59,943 bases of DNA, from the NCBI GenBank assembly GCA_964578365.1, contig CAZOCS010000001.1:1-59943 (forward strand), read 5' to 3'. Positions 37,886 through 45,218 of this stretch are shown piece after piece. A program made the translations under genes and the position numbers. The DNA comes from an uncultured Candidatus Cloacimonadota bacterium (GTDB lineage Bacteria; Cloacimonadota; Cloacimonadia; Cloacimonadales; TCS61). Below the pieces are notes generated by a model. The model did not search any database and was not told the DNA's origin. It worked only from the letters and a program-made list of their open reading frames with translations. Within the stretch, counting starts at the first letter, position 1; every line of letters begins with the position of its first letter.

Positions 37886-38898
37886 TACAATACCCGCTTG
37901 AATTTTGTTTTCTTTTTATAGATGATAAGAGATTCTATCAGAAGTAAGATCAATGCAGCGATCACGAAATATTTATATTGCTCTTTGTATCTCACATATT
38001 CTTTAGAATCAAATTTCTTCTTCTCAAAAGAATTGATGTTTTTCATGATCTCATAGATCTCCGATTGTTGAGGTGTGATAGAGAAGAAGCGTCCACTTCC
38101 CATTTTAGCGATCTGCGTTAAAGTAGTAATATCAAGTTTTGTAAAAATAATATCACCTTTATCGTCTTTGGCATAAACAACATCACCTTCTCTATTTTTG
38201 ATAGGAATTGTGCTTCCTTCCGGTGAGCCTATACCTAGAGTATAAATTACAGCATTTTGTTTTCCGGCTTCTTCAGCAATTTCAGCGGCATTTTCTTCCA
38301 GATCTTCTCCATCACTTACCACGACTATAACTTTATGCTTTTCTTTCACACCAAAAAGTTCTAATGAAGTGGAAATTGCTTCACCAATATTTGTTCCATA
38401 AGAAGGAACAGTTTCCGTATCGAGTAGATTCAAAAACAGTTTTGCGGCATCGTAGTCGTTGGTTAATGGGCATTGTACAAAGCTCTTACCTGCAAAAGCA
38501 ACAATAGCAATTCTATCACCCTTAAGTTGATCAATGAAAAGTGAGATCTGATCTTTTGCTCTCTTGATCCTGCTAGGTTGAATATCTGTTGCATCCATAC
38601 TTTTGGAAACATCAATAGCAACCACAACATCAATTCCTTCTTTCTTAATGATCTGAACCTCTTTATCCCAGCGTGGTCTTGCCAGAGCTATAATAAGAAA
38701 AAGAAATGCAAATACAAATATAAAATTTTTGAGTGACCAGTGGAAACCCGAAAATTGCTGCATAAAGAAATCGTAGAATTTCACTTCTGCAAATTTAGAA
38801 AAATTCTTCTTCCTATTATGATTAGCAATTCCAATAAGAATTAGAAATACCGGTATCAGTATTATCAAAAACAATAAATATGGATTTCCCCAATGCAT
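37885..38898 (-). CDS. batB: BatB-like von Willebrand factor A (VWA) domain membrane protein
   Basis: Two N-terminal TM segments. MIDAS motif DVVVAIDVSKSM, ..IAIVAFAG.., ..VVSDGED... C-terminal TM segment. Confidence 0.85.
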   Translation of the reverse strand: MHWGNPYLLFLIILIPVFLILIGIANHNRKKNFSKFAEVKFYDFFMQQFSGFHWSLKNFIFVFAFLFLIIALARPRWDKEVQIIKKEGIDVVVAIDVSKSMDATDIQPSRIKRAKDQISLFIDQLKGDRIAIVAFAGKSFVQCPLTNDYDAAKLFLNLLDTETVPSYGTNIGEAISTSLELFGVKEKHKVIVVVSDGEDLEENAAEIAEEAGKQNAVIYTLGIGSPEGSTIPIKNREGDVVYAKDDKGDIIFTKLDITTLTQIAKMGSGRFFSITPQQSEIYEIMKNINSFEKKKFDSKEYVRYKEQYKYFVIAALILLLIESLIIYKKKTKFKRVL

Positions 38899-38921
38899 CT
38901 ATCTACACTCCAAAATTTTTC

Positions 38922-40565
38922 CTAAAGCCCTTCTATCTGTGTGCCGATAGGGTATTCAACAGAATATTTAAATGGTATCGGTATCTCCTCACCCGGTTTA
39001 GGTTCGAATAACCACTCGATAAATTTATGCTCATTTATTTTCAATATCTTAGTATCTTCTTTATATGCAGGTTCTATCAATTTCACCTTAATTTTTTCAT
39101 TCTGTGAAATTGGCAGCTGATCCCAGACGACTATCTCTTCCTGTGTTTTCTTATTATTAGTTATCTTGATAAGATATTCAAATATCTTTTTGTTTTTCTC
39201 AACGAAAAGTCCACCGGTCTCATCGAATTTTTTTACAAATTTGTATTCTACTTTTATCCCCTCATCAACACCCAGGAACGTCCAAAACTCTTCTGTTGGT
39301 GCAACTGCTTTCAAATATGAATTTGCAACAAAGTTGTTATCTAAGAATACATTTGTATCTCCTGGTAGGAATGGATAGTCAGAATCATTCTTAACTTTTG
39401 CTTTTAAATATGCATATTGTGAATGTTTAGGAATCGTTGAATACCTGAATCCAGCCGGGAATTCCTGGATTGTAATTGTAACAAGATGCGGCTCATTATC
39501 ACTTTTTATTGTGATGCTACCATCAATATCAAAAACAACTGATGTGGCACCGGATTCAACAGTAGATGCTGAATAACTAATATCTTCTTGAAGTAATTCA
39601 TCGAAGCTTTCTCCTGCAGCCAAACCTTCCATATCAAAAGCCATTTTATTGCTTCTACTTGAACTTGGGACCATACTTTTTCTTTTTTCTCTAACAGGTT
39701 GAGGATAATAAATTGAAATATAATGAGGATATAGTTCTGGTGGTTGAGCGCTTATGTTTGGTTTTGCTGTAGAAAGTTTAAGGTCTACATCGATCCAGTC
39801 TTCACCTGTAGTTTGAAAAATGTTGCTTTTATAAGTTAGATGCATAGTTTTTTCCTGAGAATCTACTCTAAGATCATAAACTGGTCTCCAGGAAGGACCA
39901 TAAACAATATAGGATAGATCAAGTTTTAGATTCCCTTCTTTTTGCACATCAACCAGAACTTCAACCATATTCTTATATTTGTATGCTTGTTGCCCCAACT
40001 CACGGATCTCTCTTCTAACTTTATCTATTGATGCATTGAGATCTCTTAATAATTTTTCGGTATCTCGGATCTCTTTATCTAATGTTTCCTGCTTAGAACG
40101 GTAAAATTCAACCATCTTGATCCATTTTTCAGGATCGAGTTCCGCATTTTCATTTTCTTCACTTGTACTGGTAAGTTTGTTCAGAATATCTTTTACAACT
40201 TGCTTCACATCTTGTGCTTGTGAGTTCTTATCATTCAGCTCATTTTGATTATCTTGGAGCTCTTGTAATTTATTAATAAGATTCTTTTTCTTTTCATCTG
40301 TAATTTGAGCAAACTGTTCGGTCTTAAAAGTCACATCACGCAAGGTTGCATTTCCTTTCCCATTTGCCTGGATGCTGTTCTGTTCAATGCTTTGCGGTAG
40401 CGTATCAAACAAAATTTTGTGTTCTCCTTTTGTGAGATAGACAGATGCAGAACGTGTGATTTGGGCTCGATCAGAATAAACTGTTACGGAAGTAATTTTA
40501 GATTCAATAGCATTTAGACTGATCAAAAACAGTACTAATAATAGTGGTAGAAAGATCTTTTTCAT
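38922..40565 (-). CDS. DUF4140/DUF4139 (TIGR02231, 'mucoidy inhibitor MuiA'-type) secreted protein embedded in the Bat operon
   Basis: Signal peptide. ITSVTVYSDRAQITRSASVYLTKGEHKILFDTLPQSIEQNSIQANG matches the DUF4140 start. Long coiled-coil (KKKNLINKLQELQDNQNELNDK...), then a beta-rich C-terminal half. Confidence 0.7.
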   Translation of the reverse strand: MKKIFLPLLLVLFLISLNAIESKITSVTVYSDRAQITRSASVYLTKGEHKILFDTLPQSIEQNSIQANGKGNATLRDVTFKTEQFAQITDEKKKNLINKLQELQDNQNELNDKNSQAQDVKQVVKDILNKLTSTSEENENAELDPEKWIKMVEFYRSKQETLDKEIRDTEKLLRDLNASIDKVRREIRELGQQAYKYKNMVEVLVDVQKEGNLKLDLSYIVYGPSWRPVYDLRVDSQEKTMHLTYKSNIFQTTGEDWIDVDLKLSTAKPNISAQPPELYPHYISIYYPQPVREKRKSMVPSSSRSNKMAFDMEGLAAGESFDELLQEDISYSASTVESGATSVVFDIDGSITIKSDNEPHLVTITIQEFPAGFRYSTIPKHSQYAYLKAKVKNDSDYPFLPGDTNVFLDNNFVANSYLKAVAPTEEFWTFLGVDEGIKVEYKFVKKFDETGGLFVEKNKKIFEYLIKITNNKKTQEEIVVWDQLPISQNEKIKVKLIEPAYKEDTKILKINEHKFIEWLFEPKPGEEIPIPFKYSVEYPIGTQIEGL

Positions 40566-40576
40566 TTTTCCCTCCC

Positions 40577-41566
40577 TTAAGGAATTTCCTTTCTAATTAC
40601 AATTCTGAATATAAATTCTATCAGCATTAAAACAAATGCAGCTAAAAGATACTTCCAGAATAATTCCTGATAAATATAATAATCATTTATCTTCAATTCT
40701 GTTCTTTCCATTTCGTCAATATATTCCATAATGGCAAATAATTCATCTGTATTTGTTGCCAGTCTTGCATGTTTGGTTCCTGTTATTTCAGCAATCTTGT
40801 CCAGTGAATCCATATCAATTTCGATATTTACTTTCTGATAACGAATCCCCATAGCAGTTTGTATAGGATAATCCACAAGTCCTTTTCTACCAACTCCAAC
40901 AGGATATACTTTCACATCAAATGTTTTGCTAAGTCCGGCAGCATCAAGTGGTTCGATCTCACCTGCATTATTTCTTCCGTCTGTGATGAGAATTATTACT
41001 TTAGATTTTGCTTCGGAATCTTTAAGACGGGCTACTGCAGTTGCAAGTCCCATTCCGATAGCTGTTCCACTAGCATCTTCATCAATTGACACATTATCCA
41101 TAATAGACATGAGAATATTATAATCGAGTGTGAGTGGACATTGCGTGAAAGCATTTTCTGAAAATACAATAAGTCCGATCCTATCATTTCTACGGTGCTC
41201 AATAAAATCTATAGCTACTTTTTTTGCAGCTTCCAGCCTGTTCGTTGGTTTAAAATCGACAGCTTTCATACTTCCACTAACATCTATTGCCAGCATGATA
41301 TCAATTCCCTTACCGGTGATCTGTTGTTTCTTATGTGCAAGACGAGGTCGGGCTAAAGCAAGAATTAGCAAAAGGATCGTAAGTGTTCTTATTATAATTG
41401 GAACAAACTGCAATACACTGCTTCTTGCAGCAATTGAGCGTATCAGGTCAATACGGCTATGGATCAATCTGACCCTTTTCTTGCGGTTTATTAAAAATTC
41501 ATATAAGAGATATGGTATAATTATCAGAAGAGCCCAGAACCATTTAGGATTTACGTATTCAAGCAT
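40577..41566 (-). CDS. batA: BatA-like VWA-domain membrane protein
   Basis: Probable start MLEYVNPKWFW at 41566; the track ORF extends 35 codons upstream. TM segments. MIDAS motif IDIMLAIDVSGSM, ..IGLIVFSE.., ..ILITDGRNN... Confidence 0.85.
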   Translation of the reverse strand: MLEYVNPKWFWALLIIIPYLLYEFLINRKKRVRLIHSRIDLIRSIAARSSVLQFVPIIIRTLTILLLILALARPRLAHKKQQITGKGIDIMLAIDVSGSMKAVDFKPTNRLEAAKKVAIDFIEHRRNDRIGLIVFSENAFTQCPLTLDYNILMSIMDNVSIDEDASGTAIGMGLATAVARLKDSEAKSKVIILITDGRNNAGEIEPLDAAGLSKTFDVKVYPVGVGRKGLVDYPIQTAMGIRYQKVNIEIDMDSLDKIAEITGTKHARLATNTDELFAIMEYIDEMERTELKINDYYIYQELFWKYLLAAFVLMLIEFIFRIVIRKEIP

Positions 41567-42491
41567 TCTCTGTCTCCTCTGTTTCTTCCGATCTTTCAAA
41601 TGATCTAAGATAATTATCCAGCCAGGCAAGTGCAGTTGCAGAATCTGAATCTTTGGGAATTGCTTTGGCAAATTTTATCATATCTGCTCTTTCGAGAAAC
41701 TTGAGAATCTCAGATTTTGAAGAGTGATCTTCCAATATCAAATTTGTTCTGATCTCGCTTGTTGTCATTTCCACAGAATTGATCTTATATTGCAGTTCAA
41801 TAAATAAGCGCAGAATTAATGAGATCCTGAAATAGAAATTTAAGAAATCACCTTTTACCAATAGGTCCTCTTTCCTTAAATTATTCAGTAATTCTAATGC
41901 AATTATGTATGCGGGTCTGTCATCTATGATTTCTTGTTCAAGGAGATCTTTCTTGGAGTTTTTATTGAATTTAATTAAATATTTTATAATAAAAATAATG
42001 AGAATGATGATCAACAGTGGAACAAAGTAATCAAGGAATTTCAAGTTAACTACCAGGGGAGCTGCAATATCCTTGATGCTTTCGGTGCTGTCAGTTATAA
42101 CAGATTCTATATTCAGAATGAATTCATTAGTTTTGAGGATTTCCAGACTATCGGTAGTTTTAACTGCAAACTCAAGTTCGGGGAATATGAATTCACCGGT
42201 ATCGAAAGGCTGATATGTGAGATCTAATATTGTAGTTTTTATCTCGTTATTTATTTTCTCGGTTGATTCGATATTTTTTAAAATGAAAATATCAAGAGTA
42301 TCATTTTGGGTTGAGAAGATACTGTCTGCAACTGATGAAGATATGTTAACGTGTAGTTTAAATGGAGTTCCAACAAAGAGTTTCTGTGGTCTTTCTAATT
42401 TATAATCTAATTCAGCAGAAAAAGCCAAAATTGGAATCATTAATGTTGCTAATACTGCAATCTTTTTAATTTCAAATTTATAATTTCTCAT
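41559..42491 (-). CDS. Membrane protein of unknown function (DUF4381-like position in Bat operons)
   Basis: Signal peptide, BatD-like N-terminal beta module, one central TM helix (FVPLLIIILIIFIIKYLI) and a helical C-terminal domain. Overlaps the batA start by 8 nt. Confidence 0.6.
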   Translation of the reverse strand: MRNYKFEIKKIAVLATLMIPILAFSAELDYKLERPQKLFVGTPFKLHVNISSSVADSIFSTQNDTLDIFILKNIESTEKINNEIKTTILDLTYQPFDTGEFIFPELEFAVKTTDSLEILKTNEFILNIESVITDSTESIKDIAAPLVVNLKFLDYFVPLLIIILIIFIIKYLIKFNKNSKKDLLEQEIIDDRPAYIIALELLNNLRKEDLLVKGDFLNFYFRISLILRLFIELQYKINSVEMTTSEIRTNLILEDHSSKSEILKFLERADMIKFAKAIPKDSDSATALAWLDNYLRSFERSEETEETENA

Positions 42492-42517
42492 TTAAATACA
42501 CAAACAAAGTGTTTGTG

Positions 42518-43402
42518 CTACCTCTGATTTTTCATTCTAATGCGAAATTTAAAGAATTTCATAAGTTCAGGAGCATAAGGTTTATCTGTGCTTAATGTAA
42601 CAAGATCGATCTTCAATCTTCTGAATTGTTGTTTTAGTTCAGTTTCCTGCTCGATGATAGCTTTGTTATATTTTTCCCGCAATTTGGAGTTAGATGAATT
42701 AATTGTGAAGATCTTTCCTGTTTCAGGATCTTGTAGGTTAAGCAAACCTGCATTTGGCATTTTGTATTCTGCGCTATCCTGAATTCTTAAAGCTATCACA
42801 TCGTGTTTCTTAGCGAGGATCTTTAAACTATCTAGATAATTTGTATCAAGAAAGTCGGAAATAACGAAGATAATACTTCGCTTTTTGATAAGGCGATAAA
42901 TATACTCTACAGCATTTTTGATGTTTGTTCCACTTTTCTTAGGCTCAAAATAGAGAATATCACGCAGAATTCTGAGTGCCGATTTTTTCCCTTTTGTAGG
43001 AGGTATATATTTTTCAACTTCGTCTGTAAAGAGTAAGAGACCGACCTTATCATTATTGGATAAAGCAGAGAAAGAAAGAACAGCAGTAATTTCAGTGATG
43101 AATTCAGACTTGAGATAGCCCTTTGTTCCAAATAGGGTAGAAGCACTGCTGTCAATTAGGAACATTACATTCAGTTCACGTGTTTCTTCAAACTTTTTTA
43201 TGTATGGGAATCCTTGGCGTGCTGTAACGTTCCAATCGATCTGACGGAAACTATCACCACTTTGATATTCACGAACTTCGGAGAACTCCAAACCTTGTCC
43301 TTTAAATAAACTATGGTATTCACCGGAAAAAAGATCAGAAACCAAATCTCTGGTCGTGATCTCAATTTTGCGAACTTTCTTAATTATATCTGATGTTTCC
43401 AT
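42518..43402 (-). CDS. DUF58-family protein (MoxR-associated)
   Basis: FSGEYHSLFKGQGLEFSEVREYQSGDSFRQIDWNVTAR is the canonical DUF58 signature, followed by a VWA-like region (MFLIDSSAS). Confidence 0.9.
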   Translation of the reverse strand: METSDIIKKVRKIEITTRDLVSDLFSGEYHSLFKGQGLEFSEVREYQSGDSFRQIDWNVTARQGFPYIKKFEETRELNVMFLIDSSASTLFGTKGYLKSEFITEITAVLSFSALSNNDKVGLLLFTDEVEKYIPPTKGKKSALRILRDILYFEPKKSGTNIKNAVEYIYRLIKKRSIIFVISDFLDTNYLDSLKILAKKHDVIALRIQDSAEYKMPNAGLLNLQDPETGKIFTINSSNSKLREKYNKAIIEQETELKQQFRRLKIDLVTLSTDKPYAPELMKFFKFRIRMKNQR

Positions 43403-43456
43403 AATTTATTATACACTTTTTAACATTATTAAATTAAACCCCTCTGCCTGCGGCTT

Positions 43457-43595
43457 CTCCCCTTACGAAGGGGAGTTCATAAAAAACAATATTTTTAGTT
43501 CCCCTTTGTAAGGGAGAGCAATACGAAGGGGAGTTCACAAAAAAAAACCACAATTTCAGTCCCCCTTTATAAGGGGGAACAAAAGGGGGTTTACA
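43457..43595. repeat. Three about 58-60-nt units, each a C4-5TT/AAG4-5 palindromic hairpin followed by gtt(c/t)aca and an A-rich tract
   Basis: ctcccctt-acg-aaggggag (43457..43475). ccctt-tgt-aaggg (43502..43514). tccccctt-tat-aaggggga (43560..43578). An exact 16-nt direct repeat tacgaaggggagttca occurs at 43464..43479 and 43522..43537. Confidence 0.85.
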
Positions 43596-43635
43596 TAAAT
43601 CATTCAAAATATTCATAATATTAAACCTGATCATT

Positions 43636-43670
43636 TACCAATTCCCAATTCCTAATCCCTAATCAATCTA
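43636..43670. repeat. Heptanucleotide tandem repeat (taccaat tcccaat tcctaat ccctaat caatcta) that includes the moxR stop codon
   Basis: Five consecutive 7-nt units read directly. On the minus strand this is TAG-ATTG-ATTAGGG-ATTAGGA-ATTGGGA-ATTGGTA. Confidence 0.85.
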
Positions 43671-44654
43671 TGGAACTTCGATCTCATCGAATAATCTTGT
43701 TACAATATCTTCTTGTGTGATCTGCTCGGCTTCAGCTTCATAAGTAAGAATAATTCTGTGCCTGAGGATATCTTTTCCTATAGCTTTGATATCATCTGGA
43801 GTTACATAACCACGATGTTCTAGGAATGCATGAGCTTTTGCAGCTTGAGCAAGATAGATCGTTGCACGTGGCGAAGCTCCACACTCAATAAGATCAGCAA
43901 GATCGTTCAGATTTTTATATTTGTCTGGCTCACGAGTTGCAAAAACCAGATCAAGGATATATTCCTTAATTTTATCTTCCATATAAATATCTTTGACCAA
44001 TTCTCTCATTTCCAGAATATCTTTAGGTTTCACTACTGCTTTCACCTTTATCTCATCTTTTCGAACCATTTTCTCAAGAATTAATTTTTCTTCTTCCCGA
44101 GAAGGATAATCAATAATCAGCTTGAGCATAAAACGGTCAACTTGAGCTTCCGGAAGCGGATATGTTCCTTCCTGTTCAAGTGGATTCTGAGTTGCCATAA
44201 CCAAAAATGGTTTAGGAAGAGGATAGGTTGTATCTCCAATAGTTACTTGCCTTTCCTGCATCGATTCCAATAATGCAGATTGCACTTTTGCCGGGGCACG
44301 GTTTATCTCATCTGCAAGTACAAAGTTAGCAAAAACAGGACCCTTCTTAGCAATAAATTCACTGGTCTTCTGATTATAAATAAGAGTCCCCATCAGGTCG
44401 GCCGGCAGTAGATCCGGAGTGAACTGAATACGTTTAAAAGTAGATTTGATAGTGTTTGCCAAAGTATGTACAGCAAGTGTTTTTGCAAGTCCCGGAACAC
44501 CCTCGAGTAAAATATGCCCATCTGCAAGCAGCCCAACAAGAAGACGTCTAATCATATATTTCTGACCAACAATAACTTTTTCTGTTTCTAGAGTTATCTT
44601 ATCGATCAACTCGCTTTTTTCCATCACTTTCTTATTAATTTCTTCAATTTTCAT
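43668..44654 (-). CDS. moxR: MoxR-family AAA+ ATPase
   Basis: Walker A LLEGVPGLAKT, Walker B LADEINRA and sensor region ATQNP. 328 aa. First gene of the Bat-type operon. Confidence 0.93.
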   Translation of the reverse strand: MKIEEINKKVMEKSELIDKITLETEKVIVGQKYMIRRLLVGLLADGHILLEGVPGLAKTLAVHTLANTIKSTFKRIQFTPDLLPADLMGTLIYNQKTSEFIAKKGPVFANFVLADEINRAPAKVQSALLESMQERQVTIGDTTYPLPKPFLVMATQNPLEQEGTYPLPEAQVDRFMLKLIIDYPSREEEKLILEKMVRKDEIKVKAVVKPKDILEMRELVKDIYMEDKIKEYILDLVFATREPDKYKNLNDLADLIECGASPRATIYLAQAAKAHAFLEHRGYVTPDDIKAIGKDILRHRIILTYEAEAEQITQEDIVTRLFDEIEVP

Positions 44655-44705
44655 TGATCCTCCAAATGATATTCATATTACTATTAACGTATTTAAAGAA
44701 TTTAG

Positions 44706-45206
44706 TTACAATTTAATTATATGTTTTTGTTTAAAAACTTTTCCATTAAGATGCTTAAACTGAATTTCCATATCGCTCTTATAAATGGTCATAACTATGT
44801 AGGAAGCCCTCTGACCTCGATCTGTTTTGGCTTTTAGATGACCCGGATTAATAAAGTGCTTATCTTCAATATGATCATAGTTAGGATGATGAGTGTGCCC
44901 GTAAATGTAGATATCTGCAGGAATACTGGTTTTTGATAGATCTTCAAGTCTGTGTGCTAAAGCAAATCTCCAGTTATCGATCTTAATTTCCAGAATTGCG
45001 GGTAAGGTTCCATCTTTGTATTTAGGATGATATATGCCGGGAACTCTGATCAATTCAATGTTATCTGTGATATCAGAATTATTATCCAAATCCTCGTAAT
45101 CGTCACCTAAATGAAAGATATGAGTATAATCGCTTTCAATCTTAAAGACGTCTCTTAATGTTTTTTGGTTCTTGTGGGTATCGGATAGAATGATTATCTT
45201 TTTCAT
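44706..45206 (-). CDS. YfcE/MJ0936-family metallophosphoesterase
   Basis: IIILSDTHKN, HLGDD and IYGHTHHP motifs. Length 166 aa. Confidence 0.85.
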   Translation of the reverse strand: MKKIIILSDTHKNQKTLRDVFKIESDYTHIFHLGDDYEDLDNNSDITDNIELIRVPGIYHPKYKDGTLPAILEIKIDNWRFALAHRLEDLSKTSIPADIYIYGHTHHPNYDHIEDKHFINPGHLKAKTDRGQRASYIVMTIYKSDMEIQFKHLNGKVFKQKHIIKL

Positions 45207-45218
45207 GCGCCAATTTAA

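Noticed and set aside
41130-41603. 157-aa plus-strand ORF and many similar 60-140-aa ORFs antisense to annotated genes (e.g. 31449..31862, 51906..52253, 53756..54088, 8373..8660, 9522..9848, 27991..28272, 36794..37033)
   Set aside because: Each lies wholly inside, and antisense or out of frame to, a gene with strong family motifs. They have low-complexity or hydrophobic composition typical of shadow ORFs in AT-rich DNA, and no RBS or motif support.
43457-43595. Possible miniature CRISPR array (three repeat-like units about 58-60 nt apart)
   Set aside because: Only a 16-nt segment is shared exactly, and only between two units. The units are self-complementary hairpins of differing sequence. 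No cas genes are in the window. The locus sits inside an operon.
43434-43634. 66-aa minus-strand ORF in the track (MIRFNIMNILNDLCKPPFVPPYKGGLKLWFFF...)
   Set aside because: It is read entirely through the palindromic C/G hairpin repeats and A-tracts of the moxR-DUF58 spacer. It has no RBS, and its peptide composition is the kind produced when this repeat class is translated. I treated it as repeat DNA, not a gene.
43636-43670. TTAGGG-like units suggesting telomeric repeats
   Set aside because: The period is 7 rather than 6, and the units are heterogeneous (ATTAGGG/ATTAGGA/ATTGGGA). They are internal to a gene-dense bacterial segment between two co-oriented genes.
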